Assembly (NCBI GenBank): GCA_004347965.1
Contig: QNVF01000001.1
Span: 43,724 to 107,723, forward strand
Origin: Candidatus Nezhaarchaeota archaeon WYZ-LMO8
Lineage (GTDB): Archaea; Thermoproteota; Methanomethylicia; Nezhaarchaeales; WYZ-LMO8
Length of the DNA stretch: 64,000 bases
Reading direction: 5' to 3'
Part shown: positions 29,864 to 39,135 of the stretch, piece by piece
Numbering within the stretch: the stretch's first letter is position 1
Layout of the letters: every line of letters begins with the position of its first letter
Made by a program: the position numbers and the translations under genes
The notes under the pieces: generated by a model
The model's database searches: none
What the model was told of the DNA's origin: nothing
The model's input: only the letters and a program-made list of their open reading frames with translations

Positions 29864-30020
29864 GAGTACGAACCTCTATATGCACTATGAGAGTATAGCT
29901 TGGACCTCTTTATTATTCCCAGGTCTACAACCAACTACACTATGTTCCCCTGAACGAAATAAACTTTTTAAAGCTTTGGTCTAAGTTTTCAAGATTGAGA
30001 CTTTGATAGGGTGACCCTCT

Positions 30021-30119
30021 ATGTCACATGTATGCGATATATGTGGTAAAAAGTTTGGAAGCAAGAGAGGTTTATCCGTCCACAGAGCTAGGTCTCATAA
30101 GGCTGGAAGTAGGCCTTAA
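30021..30119 (+). CDS. Small (32 aa) C2H2 zinc-finger protein
   Basis: MSHVCDICGKKFGSKRGLSVHRARSHKAGSRP has a canonical C-x2-C-x12-H-x4-H spacing. AGGGTGA Shine-Dalgarno-like motif 7 nt upstream. Below the 60-aa cutoff of the ORF track. Confidence 0.5.
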   Translation: MSHVCDICGKKFGSKRGLSVHRARSHKAGSRP

Positions 30120-30150
30120 GGACCCGATTGCTTACATGAGGTGAAACAGT

Positions 30151-30279
30151 ATGAGGTGCTACATATGCAAGTACTATAGCATGGGGAGGTGTAAATTAGG
30201 GCTAGAGATGAGACCTAACTGTGCTTTCTACAAGCCTAGTAAGATGAAGGCTATAGCCGTAAAGATGAAGAGTCAATAG
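30151..30279 (+). CDS. Small (42 aa) Cys-rich protein (C-x2-C ... C ... C), possible zinc-binding
   Basis: MRCYICKYYSMGRCKLGLEMRPNCAFYKPSKMKAIAVKMKSQ. GAGGTGA Shine-Dalgarno motif 8 nt upstream. Lies 31 nt downstream of the C2H2 ORF on the same strand. Confidence 0.35.
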   Translation: MRCYICKYYSMGRCKLGLEMRPNCAFYKPSKMKAIAVKMKSQ

Positions 30280-30491
30280 ATTTCATCAAACTTCTCTCCT
30301 TAATATTCCGTTACCAATAGAAACTCAGTTTTAGAGCTAATGCATTAATATTAAGAAGGGAAGTAATTGAAAGCCGTATAGGATGAGCGTTACCAAGCTC
30401 GATTTCTCGATGTCCTTTAACGCTAAACCTTAGTAACTCTGCCTAGAGAAGGTGGGATAAGTATTGACTAATTGCAGCATGACTTTGTAGG

Positions 30492-31763
30492 TCAAGCATC
30501 ATTAAGCTTCTCAACGTCCTTCTTTTGCAAGTATTCACGCACCTTCTCTGCTACCTTCATGGCTAAAGACATTATCAAAAGTAATGGCGGCTTACCTAAT
30601 GGAGGTGGTATTAGGCTGGCATCAGCCACGAACACTCCATCACAACCATTTATGGTCAAGTCTCGAGAAACTACATAACCTATTGCTGCTGTTCCGCCTG
30701 GATGAGCCCCCCTCACGTGGGTTGCAACGATTTCTTCATCTTTAACACCCAACTCTAAAAGCAGTTTCTTAGCTTCTCCAATACCATTCTCCAAGATCTT
30801 TAAGTCCTTCTTGGTCATGCGGGTTTCTATGATACCGTTAGGCCATACGATTCCCTTACCCTCATCAGCAACCTTGATCATTATGGAAGCTATTCCTCTG
30901 TCCTTATGGTCTACACCTTTTGCTGCTAGCTGAAACTGTAAGAGACCTGAATAATGAGGTGAAAGCATGAAGTCATCGTAATCAATGTAAGCGGCCATCT
31001 GAATACCGTAGGCAGCAGAAGGTCCATTATAGGGACCGCCTAACGTAATAAAAGGATCTACAAATAGATTTCTCCCTATTTTCTCATCATCATGAATTTG
31101 AGTTAAAAGCTTAGGAGTTTCAAGAGCGCCAGCAGCCAAGACCAAAGCCTTGCACTTAGCTCTAATCTTGCTTCCATCCATGACCCCCTCGATAATGACC
31201 CCATCGTGCTGACGATGAAGCCTTTTCACTACGAACCTGCTCAACAATACTAATCCTCGTTGCAAGCACATTCTAATGAGGTTTAGAGCTGTATACTTGG
31301 CATTTTTAGGACAACCATAAGCACACTTACCGCAACCAATACACTGGCTGAAGTCAATAGACTTGGGCATAATTTCTACTCTCAACGAACTTTCCTTGGC
31401 AACCTCTATGAACCTCTTAGCGAACGGTGGAAGTTTGTCCTGTGGAACCTTAGTTACTCGCATAAGTTTACAAACCTCATCCACCTCATTCTCCAAACCT
31501 ATGCCAAGTGCTCTGATCCTCTCAATAATCGCATTGGTTATAAGCATGTTTCCGAGAGAAACGAGCGTTGTTCCTCCTACGCACATACATCTTAGCACTT
31601 CAATTGATGATAGTGCTGGGTGAAAACTTTCTCTAGCTCTCTCTGACCCTACATCTCCACCAGCATCAACTAGTACTACTTTAAACCCTTGATTAACAAG
31701 ATTATATGATACAACGCTACCTCCAGCACCACTACCTACAACAATTACATCAGCACTTATCAT
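30492..31763 (-). CDS. FAD-dependent oxidoreductase with an internal Cys cluster (GMC-like C-terminal region)
   Basis: N-terminal VIVVGSGAGGSVVS Rossmann motif and an internal CIGCGKCAYGCP ferredoxin-like motif. The C-terminal region is GMC-oxidoreductase-like. Confidence 0.6.
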   Translation of the reverse strand: MISADVIVVGSGAGGSVVSYNLVNQGFKVVLVDAGGDVGSERARESFHPALSSIEVLRCMCVGGTTLVSLGNMLITNAIIERIRALGIGLENEVDEVCKLMRVTKVPQDKLPPFAKRFIEVAKESSLRVEIMPKSIDFSQCIGCGKCAYGCPKNAKYTALNLIRMCLQRGLVLLSRFVVKRLHRQHDGVIIEGVMDGSKIRAKCKALVLAAGALETPKLLTQIHDDEKIGRNLFVDPFITLGGPYNGPSAAYGIQMAAYIDYDDFMLSPHYSGLLQFQLAAKGVDHKDRGIASIMIKVADEGKGIVWPNGIIETRMTKKDLKILENGIGEAKKLLLELGVKDEEIVATHVRGAHPGGTAAIGYVVSRDLTINGCDGVFVADASLIPPPLGKPPLLLIMSLAMKVAEKVREYLQKKDVEKLNDA

Positions 31764-31887
31764 GGTGTGTTACCCATTGCACTCAATTCTAACGTCACAA
31801 ATCAATAATCAGCCTGCATATTTACTCTTAAATTTTAGCCATAGAATTCATTTAATGAATGACGTCTTTCATAAGCTCATGTAATGT

Positions 31888-31923
31888 ATTTATGAATGAG
31901 ACTTAAGGGTCTCATTCATAAAT
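31888..31923. promoter_or_regulatory. Perfect 15-bp inverted repeat with a 6-bp spacer (ATTTATGAATGAGAC-TTAAGG-GTCTCATTCATAAAT): candidate operator
   Basis: Exact reverse-complement arms read directly from the sequence. Lies ~125 bp upstream of the FAD oxidoreductase start (minus strand) and ~65 bp downstream of tRNA-Ser. Confidence 0.4.
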
Positions 31924-31987
31924 ATATTACACTCCGAGATATTATTCACTATACTTAGGAAGGAAAATGGGTGAAGTACGATATCCT

Positions 31988-32091
31988 TGGCGCCGGGAGC
32001 GGGATTCGAACCCGCGCGGCCCAGAGGGCCACAGGCTTAGTGGGGTATACATCCTCTCCAGGCCTGCCCCCTACCACTAGGGTATCCCGGC
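31988..32091 (-). tRNA. tRNA-Ser(GGA) with a long variable arm and an ~18-nt intron in the anticodon-loop region; CCA encoded
   Basis: GCCGGGA-UA-CCCU-AGUGGUA-GGGG-G-CAGGC-CUGGAGA-[~18 nt]-GCCUG-U-GGCCCUCUGGGCC-GC-GCGGG-UUCGAAU-CCCGC-UCCCGGC-G-CCA. The exact splice junction (37/38 to 39/40) is ambiguous by eye. Confidence 0.8.
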
Positions 32092-32123
32092 TCCGAGTAT
32101 ATTGATGGAGGAGCCCCCTTTAA

Positions 32124-33129
32124 TTACCCTTTCCCCACAAACTTAGAGCTCTTCCAATGTCTCGGGTAGGTCCCTGGCTTCATGATGACTCTAACAGGTT
32201 TTGCTACTATGCCTTGTGATGCCTCGACCATGTCATGTGCCCTCATTAATGCTCTAGCTATAGCAACGAGCTCACCCTTTAACGTCATTATCGCAACAAG
32301 CCCGCCTTTCATAACGTCATCTGTAAGGTGAAGCACACCTGGTGCTGCCAAAGGCGCTCCATGACATATAGAGTCTACAGCTGAATCTCTTATGTATATC
32401 TTAGGCAAGTTCCTTACAGCATACTCTACCGGCAATATAACTTTCCTTAAGAGTTTCTCATCTCCATACTCCCTCAATGCAATTACAGCTTCATGGAGCT
32501 CATGCATCGTAACCAAGTTCTCATCCTCAGTGAAGGGTCCAGTATGTATTCTTCGAAGCTCAGCCATATGAGCTCCAACTCCCAAGACCTCACCTATATC
32601 GTGACACAACTTCCGAATATAGGTCCCAGCTTCGCAGTGAATGACCATCAACACAAGCCTACCAATAATTTCTTGGACCTCTATGGAAAAAATTCTCCTA
32701 ACCCTTAATCTCCTCTCAACTGAGGCCTTAAGTGGGGGTTTCTGATATATGTCTCCCACAAATTCTCGACAAACCTCCCTTATCTTGTCCTCTGGGACAG
32801 CTTCGTGGAGTGCCATTACGCAGACGTAAGTCTTATCAGAGTGAATTATGTGCTGGAGAACATTCCGTGCCCTACCCAAAGCTATGGGTAAGACCCCTGT
32901 AACTTTAGGGTCTCCCCGCCCTTCAATTGAGCTCTAGGGTGCCACCATGACCAGCTTTTTCAACACCAAGAAGCTTTTTAACCCACGACGTTACCTCATG
33001 GCTTGTGGGGCCGGGAGGCTTGTCCAAGTTTATCACACCTAAGTCTATGTGCTGTTCTATGGGTCTCTGATCTGGAGGGCATCCGTAACTATAATCTGTC
33101 GTGTCTTCAGCCTTTATTAGTATGCCCAA
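32124..33129 (-). CDS. cbf5: tRNA/rRNA pseudouridine synthase Cbf5 (H/ACA RNP catalytic subunit), interrupted by a 22-nt BHB-type mRNA intron (32912-32933)
   Basis: N-terminal part ...KAGHGGTLE-stop and, in another frame, DPKVTGVLPIALGRARN...YVCVMALH...PUA domain. Removing 22 nt restores GHGGTLDPKVTG, including the catalytic Asp of the TruB motif. The intron folds as AGA bulge / CCCU:GGGG 4-bp helix / AGA bulge with an inner GCUC:GGGC stem. Confidence 0.85.
32912..32933 (-). other. Bulge-helix-bulge pre-mRNA intron within cbf5
   Basis: mRNA sense: CCCU-AG|A-GCUC-AAUUGAA-GGGC-GGGG-AG|A-CCCUAAAG. Cleavage 2 nt into each 3-nt bulge gives the in-frame junction CUAG|ACCCU (codon GAC, Asp). Confidence 0.7.
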
Positions 33130-33164
33130 AATTCCCCACCAGAAAACAATTATTTAAGTGGGGT

Positions 33165-33458
33165 TTATGGAGCTATCGGAGCGACTTTCTCTTTCATGAA
33201 CTCTAGCTTACCAGCCTTCTCTAGAGCATCCTTTACTTCTTCGTCACTAGCCCCCCTACGAATATCTATCTTTTCAGGTGTCGGAATTAGGTGCTTGATG
33301 TTAGACCTCTTCCTCTTAACTCCCGTCACATCCTTTGGTCCGGTCACCAAAACGAAGTTCTCATCTATTATGTCTACTATAACGCACTTTCTTCCAGCAA
33401 GTCTACCAGAATTCTTTACACATATCCTACCTATCTCGATGGCTGGCATCTCTACCAC
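33165..33458 (-). CDS. rpl14e: Ribosomal protein L14e
   Basis: KOW-containing ~97 aa protein ([21 protein letters not shown]) in the conserved position between cmk and cbf5. Confidence 0.85.
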   Translation of the reverse strand: MVEMPAIEIGRICVKNSGRLAGRKCVIVDIIDENFVLVTGPKDVTGVKRKRSNIKHLIPTPEKIDIRRGASDEEVKDALEKAGKLEFMKEKVAPIAP

Positions 33459-34002
33459 CTGTGGTTCGGTGTTCTATGAACTTTGAGATGAGGGTTTTTA
33501 ATGTTTCGGCTATAACCTCTTTGGTGAGCCTATTCGTATTAAACACTACGTCAAAGGTTGAAAGATCGTCTAGATCAAAGCCGTACACGATCTTTGCCCT
33601 AAGCTTATTACTCTCCTCCCTGAACCGTATTTCTTTAAGCGCTTCCTCATATGGTATGCCGTCCCTCGCAGCAACTCTCACTGCCCTAACTTCAAGCGGA
33701 GCAGTAAAGAAGATTTTGATGTCGGCTACGTCACGTAGAATCCAACCGGCAAGATGACCCTCAATTACAACGTTCCCCCTCTTCGCTTCTTCAAGAGCTT
33801 TAAAATCAACAACCTTATCTATTTCATAATCCCTCTCTGCGAGCTTATGAAGTTCTAGTAAGCTAACTCCTTTTTCACTAGCTATTTGCCTAAACAGCAT
33901 TCCAGAAGACACATACCTCAAATTAAATGAGTTAGCAACCTCTCGAGCAAAGGTAGTTTTACCAGCACCTGGTTTGCCACTTATAGCTATGATAAGCCCC
34001 AT
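33427..34002 (-). CDS. cmk: Cytidylate kinase (archaeal type)
   Basis: P-loop [11 protein letters not shown], ~190 aa, in conserved L34e-cmk-L14e order. Confidence 0.85.
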   Translation of the reverse strand: MGLIIAISGKPGAGKTTFAREVANSFNLRYVSSGMLFRQIASEKGVSLLELHKLAERDYEIDKVVDFKALEEAKRGNVVIEGHLAGWILRDVADIKIFFTAPLEVRAVRVAARDGIPYEEALKEIRFREESNKLRAKIVYGFDLDDLSTFDVVFNTNRLTKEVIAETLKTLISKFIEHRTTGGRDASHRDR

Positions 34003-34073
34003 AACGATTACATCAATCTAAGATGCTTATAAATCTATTGAACTACAAACCTTAGCATTGTAATTGCTAACTC

Positions 34074-34349
34074 CTATCCCATTAAAGCCTCCTTAATTGC
34101 AGCTCTGATAAGCCCCATTTTTAGGCACTTTGGGCATACATAGCCCCCATAAGGCCTCTCAGGCCTCCTACTACTCTTAGCTAGTCTCCTTATCTTAGCT
34201 CTAGGTAGGGCTGGTGTTCCATGAAGTTCTTGGTGACACCATGCACACTTAGCTTTAGCTTTCTTGAACTTTACAGGCCTCCACACAAGCCTTCCGCTGG
34301 GAGTCCTCACGAGTTTATGGGCCTTCCCCCTCAGTCCAGGTCTTACCAT
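34074..34349 (-). CDS. rpl34e: Ribosomal protein L34e
   Basis: Basic 91-aa protein with a C-x2-C ... C-x2-C zinc ribbon (CAWCHQ ... CPKC). Conserved neighbourhood. Confidence 0.9.
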   Translation of the reverse strand: MVRPGLRGKAHKLVRTPSGRLVWRPVKFKKAKAKCAWCHQELHGTPALPRAKIRRLAKSSRRPERPYGGYVCPKCLKMGLIRAAIKEALMG

Positions 34350-34360
34350 AGCCCCTCCCC

Positions 34361-34855
34361 TTAGTCTGAGGATTGGAAATCAACATTTAGAACTCTTTGC
34401 AGTATAGGGGAAACTCCTAAATAAGTTATAAGGTACCAAGCCCAAAAGGGTATTGGTACTCCTATTAATGGTAAGTAGGCGACGGGGCCATGAAAGACCC
34501 CCATAAAGAGCCAGTATAGGAAGAGGAGTGGAATGAAGTACACGATCATAGGCTTCATAGTTTGAGCCATGTACATCGCTTGCAACTTATCCATGTACGG
34601 CTTCTTTCTCATCAGCTTCTCGATAGCCTTTAAATCCCTAGCTCTATGAGCTTCAAGCAGCTCATTTCTCCATCTTCTAAGCTCCTGAGCTTGTTGCCTA
34701 ATTATCTTCACGTCAAGCATGAGCCTTTGGGCTCCCGTGGCTATTAAACTAGCGGCAAGGGCGAGAATAAGCACAAATGCTGCACTAAGCGGAGGCACTA
34801 TGAAAAGCCCTAGAGCATCTCTAAGCCACTCCGTTAACCCTTCAAACCAGCTCAT
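34361..34855 (-). CDS. DUF106/EMC3-TMCO1-like membrane protein (Oxa1-superfamily insertase homolog)
   Basis: 3-TM protein with a coiled-coil cytosolic loop, in its conserved position next to secY. Confidence 0.7.
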   Translation of the reverse strand: MSWFEGLTEWLRDALGLFIVPPLSAAFVLILALAASLIATGAQRLMLDVKIIRQQAQELRRWRNELLEAHRARDLKAIEKLMRKKPYMDKLQAMYMAQTMKPMIVYFIPLLFLYWLFMGVFHGPVAYLPLIGVPIPFWAWYLITYLGVSPILQRVLNVDFQSSD

Positions 34856-34861
34856 TCATTA

Positions 34862-36223
34862 TCACCTCTCAACCCCTAAGAACTGCTTTAGTGCAGGATA
34901 CATCTCTAATGCCCTCTCCCTAGCCATTATCTGGTAGTACTGATATAAGATGCCAATTAATAGGAGGATCCCTATACCTCCACCGAGAACCCCAAAAATG
35001 TCACCTAGAGCAGCTATCATACCCACTATCACACCACTAACCCAAGTCAAAGTCTGAATGTATCTAGCCAAGTATCGCTCAATAACTGAAGGTGAGCTCC
35101 TAAATCCTGGTATCTGAAGTCCAGATTTCACGATATTCTCAGCTTGTGTTCTAGCAGACATGCCTGAAGCCTCGACCCAAGCAAGGGCCAAGAGCCCACT
35201 CATGGAGCATATTAGCAGTGTGTAAGCCAATGCGTGTAGGGGTCTTTGAACAGTATCTATAAAGCCCAGCGGCGCCGAAAAGGCGTGGCTCATGCCTATT
35301 ATGAATGGATTGTGGGTCAAGTTAGCGAGCAAATGAAAGTTTGCTCCTACAACACCAAAGAATATGACCGGGATGTTGGATACGTAAAGAAGCTTTAACG
35401 GAATTTTTGCCTTAAGCCCTCCATACTTCGAGTAAGCTATTGGGATCTCAACCCTCATGCTCTCTAAGTATATTATCGCAATCAACATTGCCACCATAGT
35501 TGCGAACCCTATAAGTGTTGGTAGTTGGGGGGCCTTAGGAGAACCCACAATAACACTCCATATATCTCCTCCGTTAATGGCGTATGATATTAAAGCTGGG
35601 AATACGCCTAGAGGTCCACCACCCTCCCTAACTGGTGCTGGACTGAAGCAGAACCAGAAGATGTGTTGAGCTACGCCAGCGGCAATGAATAAGCTTATGC
35701 CGCTACCTATACCCCATCCCTTGTCAATGAGTTCGTCTAGGAGCATGAGTATTAGAGTTGCAACAAATAGCTGAGCAAAGACCAATACTATTGTTAGCGT
35801 AGTTCCTACAAACCTATACGCTAAGGCAGCAGCTGCTGCCTCCACCATCGTTACGATCACTGTCAAAATCTTTTGAGAACTTGTGAATAAAGCTCGATCA
35901 CTAGGATTAGTTAAATCAAGCCTTATGATCCTGGTCCCAACCAGGATCTGCATGATCAATCCAGCAGTTACTATTGGACCTATACCAAGCTCAAGCAGCG
36001 TACCTCTTCTAGCAGCAAAAACTATATTGTATATTGTTAGCTCTTGAAAAGATTGACTTTCTCTAGGTATACCATAAAGGGGTACTTGCCCCATTACTAA
36101 GAAGATTGTGAGGACTATAGCAGTCCATACGATTCTCTCTCCAAATCCTACCTTCCTAATTGGCTTTTGAACTCTCGGAACGAAACTTGCAGCTTTCTCT
36201 ATTACGCTGCGAACATCAACCAT
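34862..36223 (-). CDS. secY: Preprotein translocase subunit SecY
   Basis: 453 aa, 10 TM, SecY signature regions. Follows uL15 as in the universal spc-cluster order. Confidence 0.9.
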   Translation of the reverse strand: MVDVRSVIEKAASFVPRVQKPIRKVGFGERIVWTAIVLTIFLVMGQVPLYGIPRESQSFQELTIYNIVFAARRGTLLELGIGPIVTAGLIMQILVGTRIIRLDLTNPSDRALFTSSQKILTVIVTMVEAAAAALAYRFVGTTLTIVLVFAQLFVATLILMLLDELIDKGWGIGSGISLFIAAGVAQHIFWFCFSPAPVREGGGPLGVFPALISYAINGGDIWSVIVGSPKAPQLPTLIGFATMVAMLIAIIYLESMRVEIPIAYSKYGGLKAKIPLKLLYVSNIPVIFFGVVGANFHLLANLTHNPFIIGMSHAFSAPLGFIDTVQRPLHALAYTLLICSMSGLLALAWVEASGMSARTQAENIVKSGLQIPGFRSSPSVIERYLARYIQTLTWVSGVIVGMIAALGDIFGVLGGGIGILLLIGILYQYYQIMARERALEMYPALKQFLGVER

Positions 36224-36229
36224 CTTCCT

Positions 36230-36688
36230 CTACCTTTTTTCAAGAGTCTCTACTACAACTTTACCTCCAGCTTCCTCGATCTTCCTCTTTGCTTTCTCAG
36301 TTATTATAGGTGCTATCACTTGGAGAGGCTTGGTAACCCTACCTTCGCCTAGGACTTTGTTGTAGCCTAGTTCTCGCACGTTAATTACGTAAACTCCACC
36401 ATCAATTCTCGCTAAGCCAGTCTCAACGAGCTTATCAGCCACTTCGCAAAGCTGACCAACATTTACGGCCCTAGAGATCTTAACTAGACACCTGGGCCTC
36501 GTAAAGCCTCTCTTACCAAAGTAGTCTGGAGCGTACTTGATTATGTAGGTCCACTTATGCTTATGTAATCCTGACCCTCTTCTACCTCCTTTACCACCAT
36601 GCTTCCTATGCTGCCCAGTTCTACCCCATCCACAAACTCTTGATCCCCTCATCTTCCTACTCTTCTTGCCTTTACGCTTCGTAATCAT
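36230..36688 (-). CDS. rpl15: Ribosomal protein uL15 (L15p/L27Ae)
   Basis: Gly/Arg-rich N-terminus (GRTGQHRKHGGKGGRRGSG), conserved position upstream of secY. Confidence 0.9.
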   Translation of the reverse strand: MITKRKGKKSRKMRGSRVCGWGRTGQHRKHGGKGGRRGSGLHKHKWTYIIKYAPDYFGKRGFTRPRCLVKISRAVNVGQLCEVADKLVETGLARIDGGVYVINVRELGYNKVLGEGRVTKPLQVIAPIITEKAKRKIEEAGGKVVVETLEKR

Positions 36689-36726
36689 TGTGGACCCAGC
36701 CTAGCGCTTGAGCTTAGGATAGCGCT

Positions 36727-37260
36727 CTACTCCACTGTTATACTTTTCCCCTTCTTCTCAACCTTCTCTAATACTACTTCGAGCACACCATTCCTATAGG
36801 TAGCCTTAGTCTTCTCCGGGTCAACTTTTGCAGGCAGCTCTACTTCTTTGTAGTACTTCCTCTGTGGAGTGTCAACAGATATTATCAATCTATTGTCATC
36901 GGTCAGCCTAACTTTAATGTCCTCTTTATCCACGCCGGGTATCTCAGCACACACCTTAATGAAGTCTTTCTCCTCAAATACATCAACTAGAGGCTCAAGT
37001 TCCTCCTTAACGACTGGGCCACGAGGTGAAGGCTTAACGTTACCAAACTCTCTAATAATTGGCTTACCATCGGGACCCATGGTTACACTAAAACCATAAA
37101 CATATGACTTTACGCCACCCTCTCTTGACAATCTCTCAAAGTCCTTCATAAAGTCCTCAAACATACGGTCAAGTTCCTCAAAGTCGCTAAAAAACGCATC
37201 CCAGAAGCTCTTACGTCTCCTCCTTCCAAACCATCCACTTTCAAACCAGTCTTCACTCAT
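36727..37260 (-). CDS. hsp20: Small heat-shock protein Hsp20 (alpha-crystallin domain)
   Basis: Alpha-crystallin domain (FEEKDFIKVCAEIPGVDKEDIKVRL...NGVLEV). ATG at 37260 is the likely start. The longer ORF-track start is N-terminal read-through. Confidence 0.85.
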   Translation of the reverse strand: MSEDWFESGWFGRRRRKSFWDAFFSDFEELDRMFEDFMKDFERLSREGGVKSYVYGFSVTMGPDGKPIIREFGNVKPSPRGPVVKEELEPLVDVFEEKDFIKVCAEIPGVDKEDIKVRLTDDNRLIISVDTPQRKYYKEVELPAKVDPEKTKATYRNGVLEVVLEKVEKKGKSITVE

Positions 37261-37368
37261 TTTTCGCAGCACCCGAGACAACACACAAAGCTGCAAAGAT
37301 AAAAACCTAGCTAAACAATCATCAAAGCAAAACTTAAACCACACCTAACCTAAACTTAAAGAGCAGGA

Positions 37369-37443
37369 GCGGCCGTCGTCTAGCCTGGACTAGGACACAG
37401 GCCTCCCGAGCCTGCGACCCGGGTTCAAATCCCGGCGGCCGCA
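37369..37443 (+). tRNA. tRNA-Gly(CCC), no intron, CCA not encoded
   Basis: GCGGCCG-UC-GUCU-AGCCUGGACUA-GGAC-A-CAGGC-CUCCCGA-GCCUG-CGACC-CGGGUUCAAAUCCCGG-CGGCCGC-A. Confidence 0.9.
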
Positions 37444-37933
37444 CTTTAACCTCTTAAAACAGTAATCTGTACTTTCTACTTCAAAGAACTGGAGATAGAC
37501 GTAAAGGACTATGTTTGTTTCTTCCACGAAAACTAACCAGCTCCTATTCTAAGCCTTTTCTTATTAAACATTGTTAGTACATCTTGGATCTTTTGTCTTA
37601 CTTGGATTCAACTCTTTCTCATGAAACGTCAACGTAATCACTCGTCTCACCAATTTACGTATCTCATTAAGGACAAATAGTGTATGGTAAATGCATCAAC
37701 TTCATGGCATTTTGTCGTACATAAACTGTGTCACATCACGATACGTTCCTCAACTGGATGATCTAAAAGCTGAGGGCCTTTAAATATTTTTATTAAGAAC
37801 AAATAATTCTTCACAAATTCTATGGCTACAAAGGTTGAGGGAGGGAAAAGGACTTCTAGGATAAAGCCGAGGTCTTGAGTTCTAAACACATAAAATTTAT
37901 TACACCTCTCAACCCCTTCTCGGGGGGCTAAGC

Positions 37934-38434
37934 TTGTCTTCGCGCCAAGTGATATGTTCTGGAAAGTGTATTCTCGGCTTGACTAAGTGTTTTAAAGACT
38001 TAATGTCTAAGCTAGCTTTAAGTAAAGAGGCAAAGATATCGTTCTTCGGCACACCATCCGTATGTTTACCTTTTGTAGAGCTATTGGCCTACGCTATAAG
38101 AGATTTAACTAATAATATGCTGTACATCCCTAACACATCCATCGATATGGCCGTCAAGCTTAGGTACATTGAAGGTTACGGTTTCCAAATAGGTGAAAGA
38201 GCTGACCCACGAAATTCTGATGTAGCAGTACTACTAGGAGGACTAGCAATGCCTAAATCAAAGATTACAGCCGAGGACGCTATGAGAGCTGCGACAGCAA
38301 TACTGAAGAAAGAGGGCACTATAATAGGGGTAGACTTCATGGGAATCTTTGATCAGAACGAATGGACCAACAAAATACCATTCAGCTACGTTCTAGATTG
38401 CTATTGCGAGTCAAAGGTCGAATCGTTGAAATAA
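37934..38434 (+). CDS. Hypothetical protein
   Basis: 166-aa ORF with no recognised motif. The N-terminal start is uncertain. Confidence 0.4.
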   Translation: MSSRQVICSGKCILGLTKCFKDLMSKLALSKEAKISFFGTPSVCLPFVELLAYAIRDLTNNMLYIPNTSIDMAVKLRYIEGYGFQIGERADPRNSDVAVLLGGLAMPKSKITAEDAMRAATAILKKEGTIIGVDFMGIFDQNEWTNKIPFSYVLDCYCESKVESLK

Positions 38435-38550
38435 ATGAAGCTCTTACATATCTCCTCTTCATACTTAAACTATGGTCTCTCTTAGAGTCTTAATCATTTT
38501 GTCTTCGAAATAAGAGTCTCAAAACTACTGAGAGGGTATTATAATTCAAA

Positions 38551-39135
38551 TTAAATCACCCCAATCATGGCTCTAATTCCGTTTACAACTAGCTCAACTG
38601 CTGTTGCAGTTATTAGGAGACCCATAACTCTCGATATTATGTCGATCGTACTCCTTCCCAAGACTCTCTCCATAAAGCTTGAAGCTCTAAGTACTAACCA
38701 ACTTAAAACTAGAGATGCTATACCAGCACAGACCGTCACTAGATAACCTTGCTCTTGCGTAAGTATCATGGTCATAGTTATGACTCCAGGTCCTGTAAGC
38801 ATAGGGGTTCCTATCAAAGTAAGAGCTGGAGGAGCTCTCTCATCCGCTTCTCTCTCTACAAGACGTAGACCTAATACGAGCCTTAAGCCCAGGATTCCAA
38901 GTATCAGTCCACCAGCAACTCTTAAAGAATTAAGAGTTATGCGAAAGGCCATGAGGAGTGAAGGGCCAAAGAATAGGAACACAAAAAGTACTACACCAGC
39001 TACAAGCACAGCTTGAGTTGCAGCACTCGCCTTCTTTTCCCCAGCAACCTTTAAAAATATTGGGATGCTGGCAAAAGGATTCATAATCACAAAAAGTGAT
39101 ACGAAAGCTCTAGCAACATCGTTCACATCGATCAA
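38551..39135 (-). CDS. MarC/UPF0056 family integral membrane protein
   Basis: About 195 aa, 6 predicted TM helices, and a Gly-rich AGGLILGILGL segment typical of the MarC family. Confidence 0.65.
   Translation of the reverse strand: MIDVNDVARAFVSLFVIMNPFASIPIFLKVAGEKKASAATQAVLVAGVVLFVFLFFGPSLLMAFRITLNSLRVAGGLILGILGLRLVLGLRLVEREADERAPPALTLIGTPMLTGPGVITMTMILTQEQGYLVTVCAGIASLVLSWLVLRASSFMERVLGRSTIDIISRVMGLLITATAVELVVNGIRAMIGVI

Noticed and set aside
32880-32960. cbf5 frame break considered as a sequencing error or programmed ribosomal frameshift
   Set aside because: The interrupting 22 nt folds into bulge-helix-bulge geometry whose predicted cleavage sites give exactly the conserved GTLD-PK junction. 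cbf5 introns are an established crenarchaeal feature. A 22-nt insertion is also not a typical homopolymer sequencing error.
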